64,000 nucleotides of DNA from Candidatus Omnitrophota bacterium (GCA_903860135.1 CAIOPG010000007.1:66100-130099); one strand, 5' to 3'; shown: positions 9,497-19,750, counted from the first letter of the stretch. Numbers and translations are program-made. Notes: generated by a model not told the origin, from the sequence alone.

Positions 9497-11220
9497 AAAG
9501 CTTCTCAGGTTTTTTAACGGGCACAACAGGGTTATTCCTGTTGTGCTCTTTTATTTTAGCGGCCACGCCCGCTGGCGTTAATGGTGCGGTGATGCCGCGT
9601 TATGGCGGGGCGATCTTCCTGGCGACGACCTCGGATCCGCGTTCGTTCAATCCCATCCTTGCCAAGGAATCATCGACCACCCTGATGACGCGTCACATGT
9701 TTGAAGGGCTGACGACCATGGATCCTTTCACGCTCAAGGTTATCCCCGCTCTGGCGGAGCGCTGGGAGGCGGACCCGGGTGGCCTCGTCTGGACTTTTCA
9801 CCTCCGCAAAGGGCTTCTTTGGTCCGACGGGGTTGCTTTGACGGCGGCTGATGTGGCGTTTACGTTCAATGACCTTATCTTTAATGACGATGTGCCTAAT
9901 TCCGCGCGCGATATTTTTACCCTTGAAGGCAAGCCGATCCGGGTTGAGGCTGTTGATGCCCAGACGGTTCGATTTATCCTGCCGGTGCCCTTTGCGCCTT
10001 TTTTAAGAAGCCTAGGGCAGGAGATATTGCCCCGGCATGTACTTGCCGAAGCTGTCCGGGCCAAGAAATTCGCCTTTACCTGGGGGATCGATGCCCGGCC
10101 GGACACTATCGTCGGGACAGGGCCTTATAGGCTGGCGGAGTATCAGCCGGGGCGTCGGGTTGTTTTTCGCGCCAATCCGTATTATTGGAAGAAGGCCGCT
10201 GACGGTGCCCGGTTGCCCTATATCCCCAAGATCGAATATGTCATTGTTCCCGGGACGGATGTCGAGCTCCTGAAGTTCATCGAGGGCAGTCTGGATGCTT
10301 ACACCCTGCGCGGCATGGACTATCCTTTGTTAAAACCGCAGGAGTCAGCCCGAGGCTTCACGGTATACGATCTCGGACCGGATATGGGGACAAGTTTTAT
10401 CACGTTCAATCAGAATCCCGGCAACAATCCTGTGAGCGGCAAGCCCTATGTGGTGGCCCGCAAGCGCGCCTGGTTCACGGATATCCGTTTCCGTCAGGCG
10501 GTGGCGCATGCGGTCGACAAGCAACGCATCATTGAGATCGTCAAGAACGGCCTGGGGTATCCCCAGGATTCTCCGGAAAGCCCGGCTGCGGGATTTTTCT
10601 ATTGCGCGGATGTCAGGAAGTATACGTATGACCTGGATGCGGCGCGGGAGCTTTTGGCGGCAATGGGTTTTGCGGACAAGGATGGCGACGGGATCCTCGA
10701 GGACGGAGACGGGTTAAAGCTCGAGTTTAACCTTTACACGAATGCCGACAGCACCGAACGCGCCGACGTGGCCGCCATCATCCGCAGTGACCTGGAGCGC
10801 GTGGGCATGAAAGTCAATCTTCAGCTGGTGGAGTTCAATACACTGGTCGCCAAGCTGACATCAACGTATGACTGGGATGCCGTTATCCTTGGCCTTACCG
10901 GCGGTGTTGATCCTCATTTCGGGCAGAATGTCTGGCGTTCTTCCGGCCAGCTGCATCTGTGGAATCCCCGGCAGGCCGCTCCGGCAACCGCATGGGAAAA
11001 ACGCGTGGATGATATCTTTTCCGCCGGGGTGCAGGAGTTCAATGAGGACAAAAGAAAAGCCCTTTATGATGAATACCAGAAGATCGTCGCTGAGGAATTG
11101 CCGGTGGTCTATACCGCGCTCGGCGCTCAGCTCATGGCGGTGAAGAACCGCTTCGGCAACCTCAAACCATCGCCGTTGGGCGGGGTTTTTCATAACATTG
11201 AAGAAATATACATCAAGTGA
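9493..11220 (+). CDS. ABC transporter substrate-binding protein, peptide/nickel family 5
   Basis: Signal peptide; DPRSFNP, LAERWE, WSDG..LTAADV.FT and GTGPY motifs. Confidence 0.93.
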   Translation: MKSFSGFLTGTTGLFLLCSFILAATPAGVNGAVMPRYGGAIFLATTSDPRSFNPILAKESSTTLMTRHMFEGLTTMDPFTLKVIPALAERWEADPGGLVWTFHLRKGLLWSDGVALTAADVAFTFNDLIFNDDVPNSARDIFTLEGKPIRVEAVDAQTVRFILPVPFAPFLRSLGQEILPRHVLAEAVRAKKFAFTWGIDARPDTIVGTGPYRLAEYQPGRRVVFRANPYYWKKAADGARLPYIPKIEYVIVPGTDVELLKFIEGSLDAYTLRGMDYPLLKPQESARGFTVYDLGPDMGTSFITFNQNPGNNPVSGKPYVVARKRAWFTDIRFRQAVAHAVDKQRIIEIVKNGLGYPQDSPESPAAGFFYCADVRKYTYDLDAARELLAAMGFADKDGDGILEDGDGLKLEFNLYTNADSTERADVAAIIRSDLERVGMKVNLQLVEFNTLVAKLTSTYDWDAVILGLTGGVDPHFGQNVWRSSGQLHLWNPRQAAPATAWEKRVDDIFSAGVQEFNEDKRKALYDEYQKIVAEELPVVYTALGAQLMAVKNRFGNLKPSPLGGVFHNIEEIYIK

Positions 11221-11260
11221 TGCGGAGTGTCTGCCGGGTATGCTTAAATATGTCTTGTGA

Positions 11261-11315
11261 GAAAAGGAAAGGGCAGTCCCTGCGCTGGGGACAGATCAAT
11301 AAATTCGGGTTGTAC
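11261..11315 (+). repeat. Left copy of the ~55-bp direct repeat flanking the DUF1016 gene
   Basis: gaaaaggaaagggcagtccctgcgctggggacagatcaataaattcgggttgtac aligns to 12646-12701 with 5 substitutions and a 1-nt gap. Confidence 0.9.
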
Positions 11316-11346
11316 ATTGGTCGTTTTTGGATGCCCCCCACCCATG

Positions 11347-11378
11347 CCCGCCCCACGGCGGGGGCGGGTGTTATTTTA
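11347..11378 (+). terminator. GC-rich hairpin, possible intrinsic terminator
   Basis: CCCGCCCC-acggcg-GGGGCGGG followed by tgttatttt. Confidence 0.45.
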
Positions 11379-11482
11379 GTCATGACTGATAATGGCAATA
11401 TTCGAGGGTTATAGTATGTGTGCGGCCAGTAAGATTCAGGAACGGATTGTGGTTGCTGGTAGAAATGGAGGCAAAGAGAGCG

Positions 11483-12688
11483 ATGAATAAGAATAAATCT
11501 TTAAATAATTCGCTGTTCGAACGGGTTGTTTTTATTCTGGAAGCTGCACGATCTAATGTTGTGCGAGCTGTTAATACCAACATGGTCATTGCTTACTGGC
11601 TTATTGGTCGGGAGATTGTGCAGGAAATTCAGGGCGGTGTCGGTCGGGCAAAGTACGGCGAGAAAGTGCTAAAACAGCTTTCTTCACAATTAAAAGAAAA
11701 GTATGGTCGTGGGTATTCTATCAGTAACGTACAGTATTTTAGGACGTTTTACACGGTTTATGCGGAGCGCAAGCCTGAGATTCACCAGATCGGATCTGGT
11801 GAATTGCTCAAACAGGCAGACAAACGAAATGTCGTCGGTGCTCGTGAAGATATGTCGTTGGCAATCGAGACAAGCACGGCCATTCGGGGGTTTTCTCCGA
11901 ATCTTGGTTGGTCACATTATCAGGTACTGATGACTGTTGAAAATAACAATGAACGTCTGTTCTACGAGATAGAGGCGGAGAAGGAGAATTGGGATGTTAA
12001 GCATCTGAAGCATCAAGTTTATTCATTCCTTTTTGCCAGGCTCATGAAAAGCAAGAATAAAGACGGTATGATGGCATTGGTGCGCGAAGGACAAAAGATT
12101 ACGACTCCAACTGATATTATTAAGAGCCCATATATTCTCGATTTTCTAGGCATTCCTGATGCAGACCAGTTACATGAAACAAAGTTGGAAGAGGCAATTA
12201 TATCTAATATTCAGTCTTTCCTTCTGGAATTGGGAAAAGGTTTCGCTTTTGTTGGTCGGCAGAAGCGTCTTCAATTTGATGAAGATTATTATTACGTGGA
12301 TCTCGTTTTTTATAATTGTATTTTGAAGTGTTTTTTGTTGATCGATTTAAAAATAGGGGAGCTGACCCATCAGGATGTTGGTCAAATAGACAGTTATGTG
12401 CGTATGTTTGATGATAAATATCGCACGGAGGGAGACAATCCGACTATAGGATTGATTCTATGTGCAAAAAAGAGCGAAACCATAGCACGATATTCCGTAC
12501 TTAAAGGAAGCAAACAAATTTTTGCATCCAAGTATATGTTGTATTTGCCGACAGAAGATATGTTGCGGCGAGAAATTGAGCGTGAACAACGCCTGATTGA
12601 AGAAAAGATATCGAAAGACGAAATGGCTGATCACCGAAAGAACTTGAAAGGGAAAGGGACAGTCCCTGCACCGGGGACAGGGCAATAA
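11483..12688 (+). CDS. DUF1016 / YhcG family PD-(D/E)XK nuclease-domain protein
   Basis: YWLIGREIV, RAKYG, LGWSHY, PYILDFL, FLLELGKGFAFVGRQ, DLVFYN, IDLK and PTIGLILC motifs; visibly AT-richer than its neighbours. Confidence 0.95.
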   Translation: MNKNKSLNNSLFERVVFILEAARSNVVRAVNTNMVIAYWLIGREIVQEIQGGVGRAKYGEKVLKQLSSQLKEKYGRGYSISNVQYFRTFYTVYAERKPEIHQIGSGELLKQADKRNVVGAREDMSLAIETSTAIRGFSPNLGWSHYQVLMTVENNNERLFYEIEAEKENWDVKHLKHQVYSFLFARLMKSKNKDGMMALVREGQKITTPTDIIKSPYILDFLGIPDADQLHETKLEEAIISNIQSFLLELGKGFAFVGRQKRLQFDEDYYYVDLVFYNCILKCFLLIDLKIGELTHQDVGQIDSYVRMFDDKYRTEGDNPTIGLILCAKKSETIARYSVLKGSKQIFASKYMLYLPTEDMLRREIEREQRLIEEKISKDEMADHRKNLKGKGTVPAPGTGQ

Positions 12689-12701
12689 ATTCGGGTTGTA
12701 C
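12646..12701 (+). repeat. Right copy of the ~55-bp direct repeat; contains the DUF1016 stop codon
   Basis: gaaagggaaagggacagtccctgcaccggggacagggcaataaattcgggttgtac, including the GGGAC-A-GTCCC palindrome. Confidence 0.9.
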
Positions 12702-12718
12702 CTAGGAATTGATTTGAT

Positions 12719-13684
12719 ATGTTCAAATACATTATAAAACGAATGTTGATCGCGCTGGGCCTGCTCCTGGTCATGAGCTGTGCGACGTTCATGCTCATGC
12801 GCCTGACGCCGGGGAATTTTCTGGATACGTTGCGCCTTGATCCGCAGATATCCAAGGACACACTGGCGTACTACAGCCAGTTGTATCAGCTCGACAAGCC
12901 GGCCTGGCAGCAGTATCTGCACTGGCTGGCGGGCCTCTTTCGCGGTGAGCTGGGGTATTCTTTTTATTATAATGTCCCGGTGGCTAAAATTATTGGCGCG
13001 CGCCTGGGCAATACCTTTATCCTGTCGCTGGCGGCATTTCTGGTGACCTGGCTGGCGGCTATTCCGCTGGGGATCTGGGCGGCCCTTCATCGCGGCAACT
13101 GGCGTGACCGCGCGATACAGTTTGCCGCCTATGCTGTCGTGTCTTTGCCTGGTTTCTTCGTGGCCATGGTCTTGCTTTATTGGGCGAGCATCACAGGTTG
13201 GCTTCCGCTGGGCGGCATGGAGAGTCCCGGTGCCGGCGATCTGTCCTGGTGGGCCCGGGGGCTCGACAGGCTCAGGCACCTGGTCATTCCGGTGACGGCC
13301 CTTTCACTGGCGTCGATCGCGTTATTGCAAAAGATCATGCGCGGCAATATGCTCGAGGAACTTGGGAAACAGTATATCTTCGCGGCCCGGGCGAGAGGGA
13401 TACCGGAGAACCGGGTCATTTACAGCCATGCCCTGCGCAATGCCATCAATCCCATGATCACCCTGCTGGGGTATGAATTCGCGGCACTTTTAAGCGGCGC
13501 GGCGCTCATGGAGATCATCACTAGCTGGCCCGGCCTTGGGAGCCTCATGCTGACAGCGGTCCGTTCCAAGGATATTTATCTGGTGATGGCAAATATGATG
13601 ATGGGTGGTATTTTGTTTATGGTCGGAAACCTTCTGGCGGATATCGCTCTTGCCAAGGCGGACCCGCGGATAAGGATCAGGTGA
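12719..13684 (+). CDS. Peptide ABC transporter permease (OppB/DppB-like)
   Basis: GELGYS and AARARG...HALRNA (EAA loop) motifs, plus WPGLG. Confidence 0.93.
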   Translation: MFKYIIKRMLIALGLLLVMSCATFMLMRLTPGNFLDTLRLDPQISKDTLAYYSQLYQLDKPAWQQYLHWLAGLFRGELGYSFYYNVPVAKIIGARLGNTFILSLAAFLVTWLAAIPLGIWAALHRGNWRDRAIQFAAYAVVSLPGFFVAMVLLYWASITGWLPLGGMESPGAGDLSWWARGLDRLRHLVIPVTALSLASIALLQKIMRGNMLEELGKQYIFAARARGIPENRVIYSHALRNAINPMITLLGYEFAALLSGAALMEIITSWPGLGSLMLTAVRSKDIYLVMANMMMGGILFMVGNLLADIALAKADPRIRIR

Positions 13685-14781
13685 TGCCAATGGAAACACC
13701 GCGCGGTGAAACGGGTTTGGCCTGGCAGCGGTTCATGAAAGATCGTGCGGCGGTTGTCGCGCTGTGGATCCTGGGGATATTTTATGCCGTGGCCATCCTG
13801 GCCGATGTGGCGGCACCGTATACGCTTAAGGATGAATCGCGCGAACATCCCTATTGCCCGCCCACGGCGGTGCATTTCTTCGCGCCCGACGGGCGTTTTG
13901 CCGGAGCTCATGTGCGCGGGGTTCAAATGACCTATGATCATTTCCGGCGGCGTATTTACAATGAAACCGCAGACATCTATCCGCTGAGATTTTTCGGTCG
14001 GGGTGAAACGTACCGCTTCCTTGGGGCTTTTCCGGCGGACAGGCATATCATCACGGTTGATGCGCCGGGGCGTATTTATTTATTGGGAGCGGACAGCCGG
14101 GGGCGCGATGTGTTTTCAAGGATCATCCACGGCGCGCGGGTTTCGCTGACGATCGGCTTGTTCGGTGTTCTGATTTCTTTTAGCATAGGCTTGCTGGTGG
14201 GCGGTATTGCGGGATATTTTGGCGGGCGGACGGACCATGTCCTCATGCGCCTGTGCGAGATGGTGATGATGGTGCCGGGGTTTTACCTTTTGCTGGCGTT
14301 GCGCGCCGCGGTTCCGGACAGCCTGGATTCCTTGCAGGTTTATGCCGCGATCATAATCATCCTTTCGTTTATCGGGTGGGCCGGATTAGCGCGTGTTATC
14401 CGCGGGATGTGCCTTTCGTTGAAGGAACGGGATTATGTGCTGGCCGCGCGCACCATGGGCTTGAGTGACCTGCAGATCATTGTGCGCCATATCCTGCCGC
14501 ACACGCTTTCCTATTCACTGGCGGCTGTGACGTTAGCCGTGCCCGGGTATATCCTGGGCGAGTCAGCCTTGAGCCTTATCGGCCTGGGCATTCAGGACCC
14601 TTACGCGAGCTGGGGCAATATGCTCGCCGAGGCCATGAGCATTGTGCGGATACAGTTTGCCCCGTGGATCCTTTGGCCGGCGTTTTTTATAGGGATAACG
14701 GTCTTGTGTTTTAATGCGGCAGGTGATGCCCTGCGCGATGCGTGGGATCCGTTGCTCAAAGGCCGCGGGGAGGGCGCATGA
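13681..14781 (+). CDS. Peptide ABC transporter permease (OppC/DppC-like)
   Basis: LGADSRGRDVFSR, WAGLARVIRG, RHILP and SWGNML motifs. Confidence 0.93.
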   Translation: MMPMETPRGETGLAWQRFMKDRAAVVALWILGIFYAVAILADVAAPYTLKDESREHPYCPPTAVHFFAPDGRFAGAHVRGVQMTYDHFRRRIYNETADIYPLRFFGRGETYRFLGAFPADRHIITVDAPGRIYLLGADSRGRDVFSRIIHGARVSLTIGLFGVLISFSIGLLVGGIAGYFGGRTDHVLMRLCEMVMMVPGFYLLLALRAAVPDSLDSLQVYAAIIIILSFIGWAGLARVIRGMCLSLKERDYVLAARTMGLSDLQIIVRHILPHTLSYSLAAVTLAVPGYILGESALSLIGLGIQDPYASWGNMLAEAMSIVRIQFAPWILWPAFFIGITVLCFNAAGDALRDAWDPLLKGRGEGA

Positions 14782-15530
14782 ATACGCCGTTGCTCGCTGC
14801 CCGCGGGATCACCCTGGCGTTGCGTGAAAGGCCGGGGACGCTGATCCTCAACGATGTTTCACTGGTTGTCCCGCGGGGCAAGATCATCGGGGTTGTGGGT
14901 GGCTCGGGCAGTGGGAAAACCACCCTGGCTTGTATGCTTCTGGGTTTTGTGCCCGAGGCGATGCGCCTTAAAAGCGGACAGGTCCTGTGGGAAGGGAAAA
15001 ATATTCAGGCTATGGATGCACACACGCTCCGCCATTGGCGCGGGGGGCGGGTGAGCCTGTCGTTCCAGGAACCGGCGAGTGCTTTTGACCCGGTGTTTAC
15101 CGTTGGTGATCAAATCACTGAAATGCTGATGGCCCATGGCGGGAACGGGCGAGCCCGGGCGCAGGAAAAGATGTTGGAATTTTTGGCGTTGGCAGGGGTC
15201 GATGATCCGCGGCGTGTGGCCGCTGGGTATGTGCATGAATTATCCGGCGGCTTGCGTCAACGGGCGATGATCGCGCTGGCGGTTTGCACGCGGCCGGCGG
15301 TTCTTGTTGCCGACGAACCCACCAGCAGTCTGGATGTTATCTTGCAGGCCAGGATCATGGCGCTCTTTCGCACGCTCCGCCGGGAGCTCGACTTGTCGAT
15401 CGTCCTTATCACGCACGACCTTGGCATGGTTCAGCGCCTCGCTGATGCGACGGTTATCCTTGTCCGTGGCCGGGTTGTTGCAGGGGATCATCCGGAAGCG
15501 CAGGCATTGCTGTCAGCCGGGGGGATGTGA
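14778..15530 (+). CDS. Peptide ABC transporter ATPase (OppD-like)
   Basis: Walker A GGSGSGKT, signature LSGGLRQR, ADEPT and ITHD. Confidence 0.92.
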   Translation: MNTPLLAARGITLALRERPGTLILNDVSLVVPRGKIIGVVGGSGSGKTTLACMLLGFVPEAMRLKSGQVLWEGKNIQAMDAHTLRHWRGGRVSLSFQEPASAFDPVFTVGDQITEMLMAHGGNGRARAQEKMLEFLALAGVDDPRRVAAGYVHELSGGLRQRAMIALAVCTRPAVLVADEPTSSLDVILQARIMALFRTLRRELDLSIVLITHDLGMVQRLADATVILVRGRVVAGDHPEAQALLSAGGM

Positions 15531-15531
15531 T

Positions 15532-16290
15532 ATGCTTCTTCAGCTTGAAGGCTTGACTAAAAGATTTCCAGGGGGAGTGACCGCCCTTGACGGCGTGAGT
15601 GTTGACCTTGTCGCAGGTGAGCATCTCGGCCTTGTGGGAGAGTCCGGGTGTGGCAAGACCACGCTGGCGCGCATTGTCATGGGGCTTGTCATTCCTGATC
15701 AGGGGCGCGTATTGTTTGAAGGTCGGGAGCTTGTTTCAGCCAAGGAACGCCGGGGGCTTTTTTGCCGGAAAGCGCGCATGGTCTTTCAGGATCCTTTCTC
15801 CAGCCTTGATCCGCGTTTCACGGTGCGCGCCATCCTCAGGGAGGCGCTGGCCCTTGAACCGCGGATGAGGCTTGGGGAAGAACTGGGGCGCATGCGTGAA
15901 GTGCTGGGGCTTGTCCGCCTGCCGCCGGATATTCTGGCGCGTTACCCGCATGAATTTTCTGGTGGTGAGCGCCAGCGTATCGCGATCGCCAGAGCCCTCA
16001 TGAGCCAGCCGTCGTTGCTTGTTCTCGACGAGGTGCTGTCTTCACTGGACGTTCTGGTTCAGCAGGATATCCTGACCGTGCTTGAAGAGATACCGCGCCG
16101 CACAGGGGTGACCTATCTGTTCATTGCCCATAATTTGCGCACGGTCCGCCGGCTGAGCCGCCGGGTCGCTGTGATGCGCCGCGGGGTGATCGTTGAATAC
16201 GGCGGGTGTGAGGATCTTTTTTCGTCAGCTGTACATCCGTACACGCAGGCCCTCTTTAAAGCCGCTATTAACTATGAGGTAAGTGCATGA
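15532..16290 (+). CDS. Peptide ABC transporter ATPase (OppF-like)
   Basis: GESGCGKT, YPHEFSGGERQR and HPYT motifs. Confidence 0.92.
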   Translation: MLLQLEGLTKRFPGGVTALDGVSVDLVAGEHLGLVGESGCGKTTLARIVMGLVIPDQGRVLFEGRELVSAKERRGLFCRKARMVFQDPFSSLDPRFTVRAILREALALEPRMRLGEELGRMREVLGLVRLPPDILARYPHEFSGGERQRIAIARALMSQPSLLVLDEVLSSLDVLVQQDILTVLEEIPRRTGVTYLFIAHNLRTVRRLSRRVAVMRRGVIVEYGGCEDLFSSAVHPYTQALFKAAINYEVSA

Positions 16291-18527
16291 GCCCTTTCTT
16301 TTACCGTAAACTGACCGAGATCTTCGGGATGCTGGCCCTGGGTGTCCTTTTTTCGCTGATCGCTTTTTCAGCGATGTTGGAGATCAAGGATCTTGATCTG
16401 TGGCTGCACCTGAAAATGGGCGAGATCATCATGGCTTCCGGACAGGTGCCTGCGCAGGACATCCTTTCGGCGACAATAGCCGGGAAGCCCTGGGTTAATC
16501 ATGAATGGCTTTTTCAGGTTGTGCTTTACGCCGTGCACCATGCTTGGGGCATGGATGCCCTCCTTTATATGCAGGCGGGGGTGGTGCTGTTGACGTTCCT
16601 GATTGTCCTGCTATGGACGTACCGCCAGGACCGTCAGCTGGTCATCCTTCCTCTTTTATTCATTGTACTGCAGATCTATCAGACACGTTTTACGGTACGG
16701 CCGGATATTTTCAGCCTGTTATATTTTATTTCTTTCCTGATGATCCTTTCTACATTTATCAGGCGCCGCTGGGCATTGCCCGTGCTTTTTGTTATGCAGG
16801 TGGTGTGGACGAATATGCACGGGTATTTCTTCTGGGGTCCCGCGCTGGCGATCGTGTTCCTTGCCGCTGAGACCCTGAAGCGTTATGTCCCCTTGCCTTT
16901 TGCCTGGAAGGATGAAGCGCGTTTGCCCGAGGACGGGTATGTCAGGTTGTGGCAGGCGTTGGTGCTGGTGTTCTTGGCTACCCTGATTAACCCGCTGGGT
17001 TTTGCGGGCGCGGCTTATCCGTTCAAGGTCCTTTTTTCATTGTCAGGTGACAGCAGTATTTTCTTTAAATACATCACGGAACTCAAGGCACCGCTTAAGG
17101 GAACGCCATTTTTTGACTTTAGCGAGCAGGGACCGCTCAAGATCATGATCTTTGTTTCGGGTATCAGCTTTCTGCTTAATATCCGGCGGCTCGACTTGCG
17201 GTGGCTCTTGGTATGGGGCGTTGCCATGGCTTTTGCGCTCGGGGCGATGCGCAATATGGTTTATTTCGCGTTTGTCGCGTACATCGCAACCATGATGAAT
17301 TTATTACGGCTTGATCTGCGCCGGCTGATCCCCGTGCATTTTGCGGCCGAGCATTTTGAGCTTTTGACCGGATGGATGGCAAAGGTCGCCTGCATTGTTT
17401 ATTTATTGAATTATAGCGGTGATCTTGCCCAGCGCGGGTATTATGATTTTTACACCTATACGCGCAAGAGTGAATTCCTCGGGGTGACTCAGCGGTCTTT
17501 CCCTTCTGGCCTGGCGGATTTCATGATAGCCAACAAGATCAGCGGCGCGGTTTTTAATGATTTTAATTCAGGGGCGTATTTGGTGGGGCGCCTTTACCCG
17601 CAGGTCAAGGTTTTTATCGATGGCAGGACGGAAATGTACGGAGCGAAATTCTTTATGTTTTACCGCCGGATATGGGAAGACGGCGATGCCCGAGCCCTCG
17701 ACGCAGTGACCGCGCGTTACAACCTGCGAGGGGCTGTGCTCGGTTCGGCGTTCGGGCATATCCCTGAAAAAGCCCTCAAGCTTTTTATGGGCCAGCGGGA
17801 ATGGAAACTTGTTTATCTGGATCATGACGGGGTTGTCTTTCTGCGTGACATTCCTGACAATGCGGCCTTGATCGCGAGGTTCGCCATAGATCCGGCGCAT
17901 TGGAAGGCCGCGCCATTTGATATCCGCCGCATGGGGGCTGTCCGCGCCTATCCTTACCGCGAGGCAAACCGCGCGTTCACGCTCAATGATATGGGTTATC
18001 CTGATCAGGCCATGGCCGAAGCGGACGCGGCGCTGGCTATTTCTCCGATATGCGATGACGCGCTGCATGCTAAGGCGAGGATATACCTTGACCGCAAGGA
18101 TTTTGCGAAAGCCTTTGAATATTTCCGTTACGCGCTCCTGCAGTCTCCTGCGGACACAAAATTGCGGCGTGGCTTGGCTCTTGCTTATGTCGGGCTAGAG
18201 GATTATGCGCGCGCGCTGGAGCAGGCTGACCGGCTCGATAGCGTTGCCGGTGATCCTTCGGGTGCTTATATCCGTGCAAAAGTCTTCGTGAAAAAGAAAC
18301 AATATCGTGAAGCTTATGATATATTAGCAAAACGGATTGCGCCATTGGAACGCGGCGTGTCCGAAATCACGGCCATTGGCGATCTATACGGAGAAGCAGG
18401 GGCTCATGCGTGGGCCGTCGAGGCGTACGCCCTGGCGATCAGAAAAGAGGCGAAGAATACACGCCTCTTGAAGAAGTACAGGGATGCCGTCATGAAACGG
18501 CGCGAAGGGAAAGGAAAAGACAAATGA
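16287..18527 (+). CDS. Multi-pass membrane protein with C-terminal TPR repeats (GT-C-like)
   Basis: DLWLHLKMG, W.NHEWL, RP, W.NMHG and FIDGR motifs; many TM helices; helical TPR-like tail. Confidence 0.65.
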   Translation: MSPFFYRKLTEIFGMLALGVLFSLIAFSAMLEIKDLDLWLHLKMGEIIMASGQVPAQDILSATIAGKPWVNHEWLFQVVLYAVHHAWGMDALLYMQAGVVLLTFLIVLLWTYRQDRQLVILPLLFIVLQIYQTRFTVRPDIFSLLYFISFLMILSTFIRRRWALPVLFVMQVVWTNMHGYFFWGPALAIVFLAAETLKRYVPLPFAWKDEARLPEDGYVRLWQALVLVFLATLINPLGFAGAAYPFKVLFSLSGDSSIFFKYITELKAPLKGTPFFDFSEQGPLKIMIFVSGISFLLNIRRLDLRWLLVWGVAMAFALGAMRNMVYFAFVAYIATMMNLLRLDLRRLIPVHFAAEHFELLTGWMAKVACIVYLLNYSGDLAQRGYYDFYTYTRKSEFLGVTQRSFPSGLADFMIANKISGAVFNDFNSGAYLVGRLYPQVKVFIDGRTEMYGAKFFMFYRRIWEDGDARALDAVTARYNLRGAVLGSAFGHIPEKALKLFMGQREWKLVYLDHDGVVFLRDIPDNAALIARFAIDPAHWKAAPFDIRRMGAVRAYPYREANRAFTLNDMGYPDQAMAEADAALAISPICDDALHAKARIYLDRKDFAKAFEYFRYALLQSPADTKLRRGLALAYVGLEDYARALEQADRLDSVAGDPSGAYIRAKVFVKKKQYREAYDILAKRIAPLERGVSEITAIGDLYGEAGAHAWAVEAYALAIRKEAKNTRLLKKYRDAVMKRREGKGKDK

Positions 18528-19750
18528 TGACCAGAAATGTGCTAACGTTTGTTCTTGCCGGCGGCAAGGGAGAGCGCCTCAACCCACTGACACGTGACCG
18601 TGCCAAGCCTGCGGTGCCTTTTGGCGGGAATTACCGCATTATTGATTTCACGCTTTCCAATTGTATCAATTCCGGGTTGCGGCGCATCTATGTCCTGATC
18701 CAGTACAAATCTTTTTCATTGCAGAAACATATCCTTGCCGGATGGGATGTTGTTTCTACTCAGCTGGGCGAGTTCATTGATGTTATCCCGGCGCAGCAGC
18801 GCCTTGGGCAAGATTGGTATAAAGGAACGGCTGACGCGATCTATCAGAACATTTACGCGATCAATGATCATGCACCGGAACTGGTGCTTATCCTCGCGGG
18901 CGACCACCTTTACAAGATGGATTATCAGCAGATGATCGATGCGCATATGGCCAGCCACGCGGATGTGACAGTACCCTGCATCAGGATGCCGAAGGAGGAG
19001 TCGCTTAATTTTGGTGTCATTGAAGTGGACAGCCGGAGTTTTATTTGCGGCTTTCAGGAAAAGCCGCAGGCACCCAAGACGATCCCCGATGACCCGGGTG
19101 CCATTTACGCTTCGATGGGCATTTATCTTTTCAATGCCAAAGCCCTGGTCAACGAGCTTGAGCGTGATGCCGCAGATGTGCGGTCCGATCATGATTTTGG
19201 CAAGAATATTATTCCCAAGATGCTGGCTTCAGGGAAAAAGCTGTTGGCGTATAATTTTGGTCTGCAATCGGATTATTGGCGCGATATTGGGACGCGCGAT
19301 GCTTATTATCAGGCAAACATGGACCTGGTGCGCGCCCAGTCGCCCTTTGATCTTTACGATAAAGCCTGGCCTTTGCGCACGCACCATTCCCATTATCCGC
19401 CGGTGTGCCTGAAGACGGTGCACGAAGATGGCCCGGATGTGCCGGGGGTTGCCATTGATTCGATCATTTCTCCCGGATGCTTTATCGAAGGCGGTCGTGT
19501 CGAGCGGTCGGTCCTTTCGCCGGTCGTTACAGTGGGGCGGGGGGCGTTGATCCAGGATTCCGTGATCATGGAAGGGGTTGTGGTCGGCCAGGGGGCACAG
19601 ATCAGGAATGCCATCATCGACAAACATGTGGTCATTCCGGCGGGAGAAAAGATAGGGTATGATCTTGAGCTTGATCGCGAGCGTTTTGCTGTGACCGCTT
19701 CGGGGATCGTGATCGTCGCCAAGAAGACGGCAATCCCGGAATTAAGCTAG
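18524..19750 (+). CDS. glgC: Glucose-1-phosphate adenylyltransferase
   Basis: LAGGKGERL.PLT.DRAKPAVPFGG, WYKGTADA, GDHLYKMDY and YWRDIGT motifs. Confidence 0.96.
   Translation: MMTRNVLTFVLAGGKGERLNPLTRDRAKPAVPFGGNYRIIDFTLSNCINSGLRRIYVLIQYKSFSLQKHILAGWDVVSTQLGEFIDVIPAQQRLGQDWYKGTADAIYQNIYAINDHAPELVLILAGDHLYKMDYQQMIDAHMASHADVTVPCIRMPKEESLNFGVIEVDSRSFICGFQEKPQAPKTIPDDPGAIYASMGIYLFNAKALVNELERDAADVRSDHDFGKNIIPKMLASGKKLLAYNFGLQSDYWRDIGTRDAYYQANMDLVRAQSPFDLYDKAWPLRTHHSHYPPVCLKTVHEDGPDVPGVAIDSIISPGCFIEGGRVERSVLSPVVTVGRGALIQDSVIMEGVVVGQGAQIRNAIIDKHVVIPAGEKIGYDLELDRERFAVTASGIVIVAKKTAIPELS

Noticed and set aside
11217-11414. 65-aa ORF after the ABC binding-protein gene
   Set aside because: It runs through the repeat and the GC hairpin and has no recognisable domain; probably spurious.
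11261-12701. Integron attC sites flanking DUF1016
   Set aside because: The repeat end GTTGTAC does not fit GTTRRRY, there is no RYYYAAC inverse core or full-length hairpin, and no intI is in the window.
14778-16290. Short OppD/OppF as frameshifted pseudogenes
   Set aside because: Both retain Walker A/B, signature and H-loop motifs and are tightly coupled to neighbours; only the C-terminal extension is missing.
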